A stretch of 64,000 bases of DNA from Chitinophaga pinensis (lineage in GTDB: Bacteria; Cyanobacteriota; Cyanobacteriia; PCC-6307; Cyanobiaceae). The notes beneath the pieces are model-generated. The model saw only the letters and a list, made by a program, of their open reading frames with translations. It was not told the origin of the DNA and searched no databases. The position numbers were made by a program, and so were the translations under genes. Below are positions 10,861 through 21,290 of the stretch, one piece after another. The stretch is from positions 46,977-110,976 of the forward strand of contig CALRTY020000007.1 of NCBI GenBank assembly GCA_943371245.1, written 5' to 3'. The first letter of the stretch is position 1. Each line of letters opens with the position of its first letter.

Positions 10861-11126
10861 AGCCAAAAACCGGCAAAGGGAAGCTCAGAAACCAGCGAAG
10901 GGAAGCTAAAAAACATCAAATTTAACCGGTCTCACAATAGTATTAGCCATAGCTGAACTTGCCCAATTTCAAAGAGATGCTGAGAGACTCAGAGTCCTGT
11001 GACCCTGCTATTTAGCAAGCTCTTACGGCATCTTAGCTCGATTGGCGGTGATTGGATTTCCCAGAGCATTCCTGGCAAGCAGGCCAAGCGATCATTTTTG
11101 GCGCCCCTGGCATCGGATACATTCTC

Positions 11127-11178
11127 GCAAAAACAAACAGATTAAACCCATTTGGTCCGCAGACCAAATGGGTTTAAT
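11127..11178 (-). terminator. Rho-independent terminator downstream of the cyAbrB gene
   Basis: Perfect 17-bp stem (11141-11157 / 11162-11178) with a CGCA loop, followed on the minus strand by CTGTTTGTTTTTGCG. Confidence 0.7.
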
Positions 11179-11182
11179 GTCA

Positions 11183-11271
11183 AGCTCTAGGCTAAAGTCC
11201 AGCTCTAGACTAAAGTCCAGCCCTAGACTGGGGTTAATCAGTCGCGTTAATCAGTCAGGTTAATCGGTCAG
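11183..11271. repeat. two adjacent short tandem arrays (18-bp AGCTCTAGrCTAAAGTCC x~2.7; 13-bp GTTAATCAGTCnn x3)
   Basis: Read directly. They lie between the abrB stop and its terminator hairpin. Confidence 0.85.
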
Positions 11272-11286
11272 CCCTGCGGCTGACGA

Positions 11287-11655
11287 TCAATCCTCTTCTC
11301 CGTCCACGCCTGCACCCATCGGCACCAGCCTAATGTGCTTGCGGCCAAGCTTGATTTCGAACTCATCACCCGGCTTGAGATCTAGCATGGCCGTATAGGC
11401 CTTGCCGACAAGCAGGTTGCCATTGAACTGCACCTTAGCCATATAACCCAGCTTGCGACCAGGTTTGCCAGGCACGCTGCCATCGCCAAGGCTGACACCT
11501 TTGGCTTCCAGCAAGGCCTCATAGAAAGCTGTGAAATTCAGGCGCTCGCCACCATCCTTCTTGGTGCTCACGTAGCCACAGCTACGCACCAGATCGGATT
11601 TTGAGGCTTCGCCCATCTCCTTGACCTTGGTCAGGAGTTCTGGTCCAGTCAGCAT
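11287..11655 (-). CDS. cyanobacterial AbrB-family (cyAbrB) transcriptional regulator
   Basis: 122 aa with a C-terminal AbrB/SpoVT-like swapped-hairpin segment (NGNLLVGKAYTAMLDLKPGDEFEIKLGRKHIRLVP). The N-terminal MLTGPELLTKVKEMGEASKSDLVRSCGY is typical of cyAbrB proteins. Confidence 0.85.
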   Translation of the reverse strand: MLTGPELLTKVKEMGEASKSDLVRSCGYVSTKKDGGERLNFTAFYEALLEAKGVSLGDGSVPGKPGRKLGYMAKVQFNGNLLVGKAYTAMLDLKPGDEFEIKLGRKHIRLVPMGAGVDGEED

Positions 11656-11736
11656 GTGTGTTCCCCATCAGAACTCCAGAAGCTTACACAAGGACTGAGC
11701 ATCGAGCAACAGTGAATCGCCAGACATCTCCTGCCG

Positions 11737-11770
11737 TTAAAAACGTGAGGCCCGGCAGTCTGCCGGGCCT
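11737..11770 (-). terminator. terminator-like hairpin between the cupin gene and abrB
   Basis: 10-bp perfect stem AGGCCCGGCA/TGCCGGGCCT (11748-11770), followed on the minus strand by CACGTTTTTAAC. Confidence 0.55.
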
Positions 11771-12075
11771 GTTCCTCACCCTTGCCCCCCACTGGATGGG
11801 GACAAGGGTGATCCTGCTGAAAACTTGATTCAGACCCAGTGGATCTCTCTCCAGGCCCGAAGCTGTTTAGCGCCTGGTGACTTGGTGCCAATTCTGGGGG
11901 GCAAGACGATCACCCCTGAGATTCCCCGCTCAGAAGCATGTGCATGCTGTGAATGATCTCGGCCCTGCCGCCGCAACAGCTTGCCCCAGCTATGGGCAAG
12001 GGTTCAACCGATGCGCTGTTGGCGGAGGCTCTTAACTGTCCTGCGAATGGGGTACCGCCTGATTGGGACCTGGCA

Positions 12076-12504
12076 TCAGCCCACCAGTGCCTGCCACTGG
12101 GGCAGCAAAGCCGGCGGTATTCTGCGGGTGTGACCATCCAGGTGCTGGCTACCGCGATCGCCGCGATCGCCATGCAGCAGCACCGCATTGACCAGCACCG
12201 CTGGTAGACAACCCCGGTTGATCGAGGCATGGGGCACCCGCGGGGGGATCACCACCCAAGCCGCCTCATCCTCCCGCAGCGATATGCAACGAAAGCGTCG
12301 ATTTTGGAGGATCACCAGATCCACCGCTCCCCGCAGAACCCTCAGCTGGCTGGTCTGGTGTCGATGGCAGACCAGCTCCTCTCTGCAATGGGTACCAACC
12401 TCAGCAATTAGCGTCTGATCGCCCTGGGGGGCAGCTGACAGCAGGGTGTGTCCCCTGAGAATCGGTTCGATCGGCAGAATTTCGATACGGCTGCTGGTGG
12501 GCAT
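12076..12504 (-). CDS. cupin-fold protein (RmlC/WxcM-like)
   Basis: From ATG 12504: HRHQTSQLRVLRGAVDLVILQN...VVIPPRVPHASINRG...LVNAVLLH. Starts 35 nt after the upstream stop. Confidence 0.5.
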   Translation of the reverse strand: MPTSSRIEILPIEPILRGHTLLSAAPQGDQTLIAEVGTHCREELVCHRHQTSQLRVLRGAVDLVILQNRRFRCISLREDEAAWVVIPPRVPHASINRGCLPAVLVNAVLLHGDRGDRGSQHLDGHTRRIPPALLPQWQALVG

Positions 12505-12538
12505 GGCCTCTCGTTGGGGGTTAGGGATTGGAACTGGT

Positions 12539-13738
12539 TCAGAACCACTCGGCCACCGCGGCTTCGCGACTGTTGACTCGCGCTTCAGGGGTGGTGCGAC
12601 TGAAAACCATGGAGATGGATCGCTTCTGTTCGCCATCTGCTGCTACGGCATGGATTGGATAAACCTGTTGGCCGTCCTGGAAGGGCACCTGCAGGCGGAA
12701 ACTGCCATCGGCCTCCAGGGGCACAACCCGATCACCAATGCTCAAGCTGGCGGCTGGATCGGTGGCCCCATAGACGATCAATTCGGCATCGGCAATCAGC
12801 CAGAAACTGCGCTGGCGGGCAGCCAGGCCAGCGCCGGATTGATTGAGACCACTGGCCCAAGCTCCGACCCCGGAGAGCTGAGCCCCGGCTGCCGCTGAGG
12901 CACTGGTTTGTAATTCATGAAAAGCCTCTGAGCCGCGGGCAAGCACCCTTGCTCCACCAGCAACATTGGACTGCTGATAGAGACGCTCGTGCATACCAGC
13001 CACCATTAAGGAGGGGCTGGCTGGGGCTATCGAGGCGGGGGAGGCGGGCTCAAGGCTGAAAGCGACAAATTGATCGTCTATCCAGCTGCAGGGCTCCAGC
13101 TCTGGCATCCGCGCGATCGAGGAAAAGCCCAGCGAAATCCAGCCGCCTGTGGCCTTGCGGAATCCCAACTCCACGCGGTATTCGCGGCCGCTCAAGGGCA
13201 CCGGTAAAAACCATTCCCTGGCGGCGCTACCCACCACCACTTCTTGCAAGGCGTGGGGATGGGCTGAACCGGCTTGGCAGCCGGTCACGTCGGCCAACCT
13301 CAGGGCAAGCTCAGTGGCGCCGGCGAGCTGGGCCGCCTGGAGATCTAGTTCGCCTATCTCCCAGAACACATAAGCCCACTGGGGATCGCGGGGCACAAAC
13401 ACCACCCGGGTGGCTCCGGCGGGGCGGAAGGCCTTGGGCAACTGGGCCTCCAGGCTCTGGAGATCGGGCCAGGCGGCGTTTGCCTCCAGCTCAGCGGCCC
13501 CGCGGCCAGGGTCATTGATCACCGCCGGATTGATGGCATTGGAGATGCGGGATTGGATACCCAAGACCAACTGGCTCTTGAGCATGCCGCTGTAAGGCCC
13601 GATACCGAGACGGTTGGCCAACTGGCGGAGCCGGCGCAGGCTCAACTGAGCCAGTCCTTCGGCAGGGGTACCGGATGCGGCCATCGACTTATTGCGAAAG
13701 ATGAAGCCATCGTCCCCAGGGACGGCAGCCGCGTCCAC
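12539..13738 (-). CDS. Rho-N/SAP-like N-terminal domain + DUF4912-type protein
   Basis: LSLRRLRQLANRLGIGPYSGMLKSQLVLGIQSRI (Rho termination factor N-terminal-like helix pair). PRDPQWAYVFWEI... is typical of cyanobacterial DUF4912 proteins. Start may be ATG 13684. Confidence 0.6.
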   Translation of the reverse strand: MDAAAVPGDDGFIFRNKSMAASGTPAEGLAQLSLRRLRQLANRLGIGPYSGMLKSQLVLGIQSRISNAINPAVINDPGRGAAELEANAAWPDLQSLEAQLPKAFRPAGATRVVFVPRDPQWAYVFWEIGELDLQAAQLAGATELALRLADVTGCQAGSAHPHALQEVVVGSAAREWFLPVPLSGREYRVELGFRKATGGWISLGFSSIARMPELEPCSWIDDQFVAFSLEPASPASIAPASPSLMVAGMHERLYQQSNVAGGARVLARGSEAFHELQTSASAAAGAQLSGVGAWASGLNQSGAGLAARQRSFWLIADAELIVYGATDPAASLSIGDRVVPLEADGSFRLQVPFQDGQQVYPIHAVAADGEQKRSISMVFSRTTPEARVNSREAAVAEWF

Positions 13739-14256
13739 AACTGTGGGCAGATCAAGATCATCCTAGCGCGGCCGGGATCAAGGCAGCTGGGGCCAATTTT
13801 TGGCCGGATAACCAATCCAGGCTTGCTTTTAGATGTCAGGTCCGGCATCGGCGCCCCAAGCAGTGCAGCCAGCGAGTTGTGGACTGAAAACACTTTTGTG
13901 AGCGGGAGCAAACCGATGCGAACCAAGCGAGCCCCAGCCAGAGGAGGTGCACCATGGGTGACACCGCCACGTCGTCCCTGGCCCTTGAATACATCTCCCC
14001 TGGGAACAGAGGCCTGGCTGCTGACGCTCAGGCCCCATCGCCAATTGGCGACTCAAACTTGAGCATCTACAGCTGCATGGGACGCACCTGCTTGAAATGG
14101 GGAACTGATGGTGAGCTGTCCGCCGTAGATAAGCAGTGGATACTGCAGCGTCTGGCTCTCCAGGACAGCCCTGGCTGAGCAAGACAAGGCCCCACAGCCC
14201 CCCAACCGGAGCCGGGCAGCATTCCTAGACTTGTCTCAGTATGAGACGGAGTTGCG

Positions 14257-14583
14257 ATGGCCACCTGCGACCTAACCAACCAAGCCATGGTCAAGTCAAC
14301 CGCTGCCATGGCCAGCCCGCCGGACCTGGCCCCATCCAGGCAGGCAGCGACAGCCACTGCAGCAGCTGCTAGCCAAGCAGCTGCTTCTAGCCAAGATGCC
14401 CTGGATCAGCTCAAAGCTCTGGTGCATCAAGACCCCGCCTTCGCGGCGGCTTTAAGGACCAGCTCATCCACCCACGCTGCGGTGCAACTGGCCGCAACAG
14501 AGGGCATTGCCGTTACGCCAGAAGCCCTCTGGCGTAACCGGGGCACCCTGGTGAGCGGCGGCCTGCCGACTTGGCGCGGCTAA
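14257..14583 (+). CDS. Nif11-domain protein / Nif11-type leader peptide candidate
   Basis: QDALDQLKALVHQDPAFAAALRTSSSTHAAVQLAATEGIAVTPEAL matches the Nif11 helical domain pattern. Ends ...GTLVSGG-LPTWRG. Alternative starts at Met11/Met18. Confidence 0.55.
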   Translation: MATCDLTNQAMVKSTAAMASPPDLAPSRQAATATAAAASQAAASSQDALDQLKALVHQDPAFAAALRTSSSTHAAVQLAATEGIAVTPEALWRNRGTLVSGGLPTWRG

Positions 14584-14633
14584 AACCAAACAGGTTCGCT
14601 GCCCGCTGCCCTGGCTCCAGGCCCCTGGCCATC

Positions 14634-14668
14634 CTCAGGCCCCAGGCCCCAGGCCCCAGGCCCCAGGT
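14634..14668. repeat. 5 x 7-bp microsatellite (CCCAGGC)
   Basis: Read directly, just downstream of the Nif11 ORF. Confidence 0.9.
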
Positions 14669-14935
14669 ACTGCTCAGGACTAGGGCAGCTTTCTCCACCA
14701 AGGACGGCGCCATAGGGGAGCGGTTTACATATGAGCACCTCGAAAAATTCTCAATCTCACCGCTCTCATGAACTGAAAAGCATTGTGGCGACTGGCCGAT
14801 TTACGACTTGCAGGAGCCAAAGGGCATTTTTTCGAAGTGGCTATAAATGCCTGGGTCTCATGCGAACATCGCCGCTTGCAAATCCCAGCGAAAGCGGTTT
14901 CAGGGCCAGGGAATATTTCAAGGCTAGGGAATAAT

Positions 14936-15361
14936 TTAGGGCCAAGTAATGAAACGCAACGGTTCGTACTTGGCCAGGCTGATGCGCCAAGCCCGAATTA
15001 TCAGCGACTGAAGACTCGCTTCAAACCGTGAGCTGTCGCCACCCGCGAGCCAATTTGCCTTGAGGATCGGCAATTGCTCACTCATCACCTCCATCGGTAT
15101 CTCGACCAGAAGCAAACTGGCCTCGCCCGCCGCCCGCCGCACAGGTGCATCGTCGCTGCCCTGCCAGAGGCGCAGCAACAGCTCCAAAGCCAAGGTACGG
15201 CCGTCTTCCCCAGGATCTGCGGCGGCAGCGGCAGCGGCGGTCTGAGACTTACCCGTGATCGGCAGGCTGCGGCGACCATCTTTTTCCACCAGCGCCAGGG
15301 CGACCAGATAGGGGGCGTCAGCCAAGGGAACAGGGCGGGGGACTCCAGCCTGATTGATCAA
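14936..15361 (-). CDS. hypothetical protein
   Basis: ORF track 141 aa with coding-like composition. No family recognised. Confidence 0.4.
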   Translation of the reverse strand: MINQAGVPRPVPLADAPYLVALALVEKDGRRSLPITGKSQTAAAAAAADPGEDGRTLALELLLRLWQGSDDAPVRRAAGEASLLLVEIPMEVMSEQLPILKANWLAGGDSSRFEASLQSLIIRAWRISLAKYEPLRFITWP

Positions 15362-15457
15362 CAGACCAGCAGCAGAGCAGCGATCGCTAGATAAGCAAAA
15401 ATACTCAGGCTGGCATATAGATTATATTTCCGCATCCACTACAGATTTACAGGGAGG

Positions 15458-15685
15458 ATGAGTGCCATGACCACCATTGAAGACCAGCTCAAGGCCTACC
15501 GAGCGGCCCTCGCCGAATCCCAAGCCAAGGGCGACCAGGCGATTGCTCGCAAAATCGAGCAGCAGATCAAAGAACTGGAAGAATTTCAACAACGCCACCC
15601 CGAGGAGCCCAATGCCCCCTCTCCATTTGAGGTGTTCTGCGACCTGAATCCATCAGACATCAACTGCCGCGTCTACGATGATTGA
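15458..15685 (+). CDS. cp12: CP12-like protein (C-terminal Cys pair only)
   Basis: 75 aa with C-terminus FCDLNPSDINCRVYDD (canonical CP12 C-x(7-8)-C-R-x-YDD end). AGGGAGG Shine-Dalgarno just upstream of the ATG. No N-terminal Cys pair and no AWDAVEEL core. Confidence 0.7.
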   Translation: MSAMTTIEDQLKAYRAALAESQAKGDQAIARKIEQQIKELEEFQQRHPEEPNAPSPFEVFCDLNPSDINCRVYDD

Positions 15686-16236
15686 GCTAAAGCAAGCTTG
15701 ATTGACAACCCAAGGGCGATTCATTGTCGCTCTCACGCCAGACTGATCAATAGATTAATAAATAGATCAATAAATAGACCGGTCAACAGGCTAACTGATT
15801 GCATCCACCATTGCCAATAGTGGATAATTAGCTATAGAATCAGTGGCGGAATAGCCCTGATTGGGGCTTCCTGAAAAGCCAAATTCTTTGCTCTGCAACT
15901 GGACTGATTTACAAGCTGTCGCCTAGACGGATCCTGGGGCCCACAGCCACGTCTTTGTCCAAAGCTCTGGCCACGGTAACTGGATTGGCACTTCGACGCT
16001 GCCTCCGCAAGCTCACCAGGCTTCAGCGGCAGCTCTCTGGAGGTGACTCTTTGGCGGTCCCGGTGCAGCGCTACGCCATCCAACCGCCGCGGCCACGGCG
16101 GAGACGCATGAAGCCCGTGCTCAACTCGGCCAACCACCCGGAAAGGGCCTTGCCGCTGCCTGATGAAGCCGTGCTGGGATCTGAGCTCTGGCCGAGACCG
16201 GTGCAGAGCCCAGATTCCGCCTGGCTTTTGTCGTGA

Positions 16237-16308
<72 letters not shown>

Positions 16309-16373
16309 GTCTCGCCATTGTGCCGTCACACTCGCCCCTGGCACCACCCCTCCCATAGAGATCCCCCTTAGAA

Positions 16374-16937
16374 ATGGCCAGCGGCCGCCACCACGACAGG
16401 GCCACCTGGCTGCTGGCCCTGCCCTTCGGGGGGCTGTGGTGGCCTGCCCTGGGCCTGGGCGGCCTGGGGGTGGCCAGCTTGGCTTTTTTATGCGGCGGCC
16501 TGCTGCTGTCGCCGGATCTGGACACCCGCTCCAACCCCAGCCAGCGCTGGGGGCCGCTGCGGTGGCTTTGGTGGCCCTACCGCAAGCTGCTGCGGCACCG
16601 CTCGCTGCTCTCCCACAGTCCACTGCTGGGCACGGCGGTCAGGCTGGCCTACCTGGCCCTGCTCTGCCTGGGCCTCAGCCTGCTGCTGGCGCCCCTGGGG
16701 GGGCCGCCGCCGCCGCGGCTGCTGCAGATGGCGGCCGAATTGTGGCGGCAGCAGCGGCCCCTGCTGCTGGCGGCCCTGGTGGGGGTGGAGGCCAGCGCCT
16801 GGCTGCACCTGATCCAAGACGGCGATCCAATGCCACGCACTCCCAGGCTGCTGCGCCGCCGGGGTCGCAAACGCCAGGGCCAGGGGGGAAGCAGCCAAAG
16901 GGTCAGGCGCCAGGCGCGGAGCGGCCAGCGGCGATGA
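16374..16937 (+). CDS. membrane protein, DUF2227-like putative metal-binding family
   Basis: SPDLDTRSNPSQRWGPLRWLWWPYRKLLRHRSLLSHSPLLGTAVR pattern, hydrophobic segments and a basic tail. Confidence 0.5.
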   Translation: MASGRHHDRATWLLALPFGGLWWPALGLGGLGVASLAFLCGGLLLSPDLDTRSNPSQRWGPLRWLWWPYRKLLRHRSLLSHSPLLGTAVRLAYLALLCLGLSLLLAPLGGPPPPRLLQMAAELWRQQRPLLLAALVGVEASAWLHLIQDGDPMPRTPRLLRRRGRKRQGQGGSSQRVRRQARSGQRR

Positions 16938-16969
16938 CAGGGTGGAAGGCCCCGTGAGCCCTCGCCGCG

Positions 16970-18001
16970 ATGGACGCCCCGATCCAGGTCTTCCCACAGC
17001 CGCCCGCCAGACCAGGGGAAGGCGATCAGGCCAGCGGCGACCTGGCGGCATTGGCGGAGTTGGTGGCGGTGGTGGCGCAGCTGCGCGATCCAGAGCGGGG
17101 CTGCCCCTGGGATCTGCAGCAGACCCACAGCTCTCTTGTGCCTTATCTGCTGGAGGAAGCCCATGAGCTGGCCGATGCCATCCGCCACGGCGACGACCGT
17201 CAACTGGCGGAGGAACTGGGGGATCTGCTGCTGCAGGTGGTGCTCCACGCCCAACTGGCCCGTGAACAGGGCCGCTTTGATCTGGCCCAGATCGCCCAGG
17301 GCATCAGCGCCAAGCTGATCCGGCGGCATCCCCACGTATTCGGGGCCGACGACGATCCGGCCCGGCTGGATCGCGGCCAGGCCGGCAGCAGCGAGGCCGT
17401 GGCGCTGCGCTGGCAGCAGATCAAGGCCCAGGAAAGGCAACAGCTGGCCACCTCCCCAGCTGGCCAGGCCCCGGTTGAACAGTCACCAGATGACAAGTCG
17501 CCAGAGGTGGAGGACACCGCCAGCCCCCTCAGCGATCTGCTCAGGGCCAAGGTGCGCGGTCAGCCCGCCCTGGCCGGTGCCATGACCATCTCCCGCAAGG
17601 CCGCCGCGGCCGGCTTCGAATGGGACGACATCGAGGGCGTCTGGGCAAAGGTGCATGAGGAGCTCGACGAGCTCAAGGAGGCCGTGGCCGAACTCGATCA
17701 CCACAGCAGCCAAGGCCAAACCAACGATGCCCAAAACAGCGCCAGCCAAGCCCTGAACCATGCCCAGGAGGAATTGGGGGATGTGATCTTCACCCTGGTG
17801 AATGTGGCCCGCTGGTGCGGTCTCGACCCGGAGGCGGGCCTGGCCGGCACCAACCAGCGCTTTTTACAGCGCTTCTCCCGGGTGGAGGCCGCCCTCAGCG
17901 GCGAGCTGCAGGGGAAGAGCATCCGCGAACTGGAGGCCCACTGGCAGCGGGCCAAGGCCGCGATTCGGGCGGAAAAAGCCTCCAAAAATAGCGCGGAATA
18001 G
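16970..18001 (+). CDS. mazG: nucleoside triphosphate pyrophosphohydrolase MazG
   Basis: LRDPERGCPWDLQQTHSSLVPYLLEEAHELADAI and a second MazG repeat EELGDVIFTLVNVARW. Start uncertain. Confidence 0.85.
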   Translation: MDAPIQVFPQPPARPGEGDQASGDLAALAELVAVVAQLRDPERGCPWDLQQTHSSLVPYLLEEAHELADAIRHGDDRQLAEELGDLLLQVVLHAQLAREQGRFDLAQIAQGISAKLIRRHPHVFGADDDPARLDRGQAGSSEAVALRWQQIKAQERQQLATSPAGQAPVEQSPDDKSPEVEDTASPLSDLLRAKVRGQPALAGAMTISRKAAAAGFEWDDIEGVWAKVHEELDELKEAVAELDHHSSQGQTNDAQNSASQALNHAQEELGDVIFTLVNVARWCGLDPEAGLAGTNQRFLQRFSRVEAALSGELQGKSIRELEAHWQRAKAAIRAEKASKNSAE

Positions 18002-18067
18002 AATAAAAAGAATCAGAAACAAAAGAAATAAAGAATAACGATTGATTAGGGTGCGCCTCGGCCCTAT

Positions 18068-18502
18068 CTATCCCTCTTCGGACCTCTGTCGCCGCTGCTC
18101 CTTGATGCCGCCGCGGCGACGCTTGGCCGTGAGCCTTCGCTCCACCGAGCCCCTGGTGGGTTTGGTGGCGCGACGGGGTGGCGGCGGCGGTTTGATCGCG
18201 GCGCGCAGTAGCTGCACCAGCCGCTGCTGAGCCGCCTGGCGGTTCAACCACTGGGAGCGGTGCTCGGCGGCCACCACCACCAGCACCCCATCCACCAGCC
18301 GTTCGGCCAGCCGCGCCAGGGCCCGCTGCCGCAGGTGCTCGGGCAATGCCGCCGTGGCGCTCAGATCGAAGACCAGTTCCACCCGCGAATCGGTGGTGTT
18401 CACCCCCTGGCCGCCGGGGCCCGAGGCCCGCGAGAAGCGCCAGCCCAGCTCCCCGGCTGGAATCCACCAGCGCTCGTCGATCGGCAGGTCCGGGGCGGTC
18501 AT
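18068..18502 (-). CDS. arfB: alternative ribosome-rescue factor / peptidyl-tRNA hydrolase ArfB
   Basis: SGPGGQGVNTTDSRVEL GGQ motif plus a basic C-terminal tail, 144 aa. Confidence 0.85.
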   Translation of the reverse strand: MTAPDLPIDERWWIPAGELGWRFSRASGPGGQGVNTTDSRVELVFDLSATAALPEHLRQRALARLAERLVDGVLVVVAAEHRSQWLNRQAAQQRLVQLLRAAIKPPPPPRRATKPTRGSVERRLTAKRRRGGIKEQRRQRSEEG

Positions 18503-18511
18503 GGAAATCTC

Positions 18512-19321
18512 CTAGAGCAGGCTCACCAGGCCGCTGCCGATGTCCAGGTAGGCGGGCTGAATGCGCAGCCGGCCCTCAGCCAGCGCCTGGGCCAGCAGCT
18601 GGCTGCTCTGCGGCAGGGCGGCGGCGGCGGCGCGGGCATTGGCCTGCACCGCCCGTTCCAGCCCCTCAACCCCAGCCCAGGGGGCAGGCCAGGGGGCAGG
18701 GGGCAGGGACTGGCGGATTGGCAGCACCAGCTGCTCCAGCAGGGGCGTCAGCGGACCGTCGCCCAGGGCCGCCCGCACCGCCCCGCAGCCGCTATGGCCC
18801 AGCACCAGGATCAGCGGCACCCGCAACTCGGCCACGGCGTACTCCAATGAAGCCACACCAGCAGGGAAGGCGGTGTTGCCGGCGCTGCGCACCTGGAACA
18901 GTTCGCCGGCCCCGGCGGCAAACAGCCACTCCGGCGCCAGCCGCGAATCGGCGCAGCAGAGCAGCGCCGCCCAGGGCTGCTGGCCCAGGGCCAGATCCTC
19001 GGCCCCCACCTGACAGCGCAGCGGCGATTGCGCCAACAGCAGCGCCGCCCGCTGGCTCGGATCGCCGCTCGCCGCCGCCCGCTGCCAAACAGCGGCGAAC
19101 TCGCGGTTGCGACGCAGCAATTCCTGCAGCGGATCGGCCAGGGGCGCACAGACCCCCAGGCGGCGCTGCAGCAGCTGGTCGGGGCTCTCCGCCCAGGCCG
19201 GCGCCCCACCAGCCCCCAGGGCCAGCCCGCCCCCCAGCAGGGCCGCCAGCCGCAGCCAGGCCCGTCGTCCCAGGCGCGGCGACAAAGCTGTGGGCAACAA
19301 ATTGGCGGGCTTTGGTGCCAA
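18512..19321 (-). CDS. beta-class carbonic anhydrase with Tat-type signal peptide
   Basis: CADSRLAPEWLF and HSGCGAV zinc-ligand motifs. N-terminal RRAWLRLAALLGGGLALGAGGAPAWA. Confidence 0.8.
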   Translation of the reverse strand: MAPKPANLLPTALSPRLGRRAWLRLAALLGGGLALGAGGAPAWAESPDQLLQRRLGVCAPLADPLQELLRRNREFAAVWQRAAASGDPSQRAALLLAQSPLRCQVGAEDLALGQQPWAALLCCADSRLAPEWLFAAGAGELFQVRSAGNTAFPAGVASLEYAVAELRVPLILVLGHSGCGAVRAALGDGPLTPLLEQLVLPIRQSLPPAPWPAPWAGVEGLERAVQANARAAAAALPQSSQLLAQALAEGRLRIQPAYLDIGSGLVSLL

Positions 19322-19347
19322 GGATTCGTGACAGGAGGTGCTGTTGA

Positions 19348-20319
<972 letters not shown>

Positions 20320-20382
20320 GCCCAGCCCGCCAACTGAGACCAGCCCCCCAGCCAGCCCGGCTTTCTCCTACCGATCCAGCCC

Positions 20383-21252
20383 TTGAGCCAAGCCGATCTC
20401 TCCTGCTTCGAAACCGACGGTGCCATCTACATGGCCAGTCGCCGCGATCCCAGCGGCTGCCGGGTGGGCCTGTTTGGGGTGCCCTACGACGGCACCACCT
20501 CCTTTCGGCCCGGCACCCGCTTCGGGCCAGCGGCGATCCGGGAGGTGAGCGGCGGGCTGGAGAGCTACTGCCCCCAACTCGATGCCGACCTGGAGGAATT
20601 GGCCTTCGCCGATCTGGGGGCCGTGGCCATTCCCTTCGGCGCCCCCGAGCCGGTGGTGGCGGCGGTGCGCCAGGCCACCGACCAGGTGCTGGCCCTGGGG
20701 CTCAAGCCGCTGATGTTGGGCGGTGAACACTCGATCAGCTCCGGGGCCGTGGCCGCCGTGGCCGCCCGCCATCCAGAGCTGGTGCTGCTGCAGCTCGATG
20801 CCCACGCCGACCTGCGGCACGAGTGGCTGGGCAACCAGCACAGCCACGCCTGCGCCATGCGCCGCTGCCTGGAGGTGTTGCCCAGCGGCAAGCTGCTGCA
20901 ACTGGCGATTCGCAGCGGCACCCGCCAGGAATTCGCCGAGCTGCGCAGCCAGCAACGGCTGGTGACGATCGAGCGGCTCACGGAAACCCTGGCGCCCCTG
21001 CGCGGCCAACCGCTCTATCTCACCGTGGATCTGGACTGGTTCGATCCGGCCGTGCTGCCCGGCACCGGCACGCCAGAGCCGGGCGGCTTCCTCTGGAGCC
21101 ACTTCGCCGCCCTGGTGGAGGAACTGCGCCACCACCAGCTGGTGGCCGCCGACGTGGTGGAGCTGGCTCCGCAGCTGGACCCCAGCGGGGTGAGCAGCGT
21201 GCTGGCAGCCAAGGTGGTGCGCAGTCTGCTGCTGTTAATGGCCAGCTGCTAA
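20383..21252 (+). CDS. speB: agmatinase (ureohydrolase family)
   Basis: GVPYDGTTSFRPGTRFGP, GGEHSIS, LQLDAHADL, YLTVDLDWFDP Mn-ligand motifs. Track start is TTG, with an alternative ATG at 20431. Confidence 0.9.
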   Translation: MSQADLSCFETDGAIYMASRRDPSGCRVGLFGVPYDGTTSFRPGTRFGPAAIREVSGGLESYCPQLDADLEELAFADLGAVAIPFGAPEPVVAAVRQATDQVLALGLKPLMLGGEHSISSGAVAAVAARHPELVLLQLDAHADLRHEWLGNQHSHACAMRRCLEVLPSGKLLQLAIRSGTRQEFAELRSQQRLVTIERLTETLAPLRGQPLYLTVDLDWFDPAVLPGTGTPEPGGFLWSHFAALVEELRHHQLVAADVVELAPQLDPSGVSSVLAAKVVRSLLLLMASC

Positions 21253-21290
21253 TGGCCAGCTACGAATGACGAGCCGAGCTAGCCAGTTGG

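Noticed and set aside
15690-16236. Integration hotspot or ncRNA next to tRNA-Val
   Set aside because: No integrase, no direct repeat of the tRNA 3' end, and no RNase P, tmRNA or 6S signature motifs spotted by eye. The overlapping track ORFs run into the tRNA.
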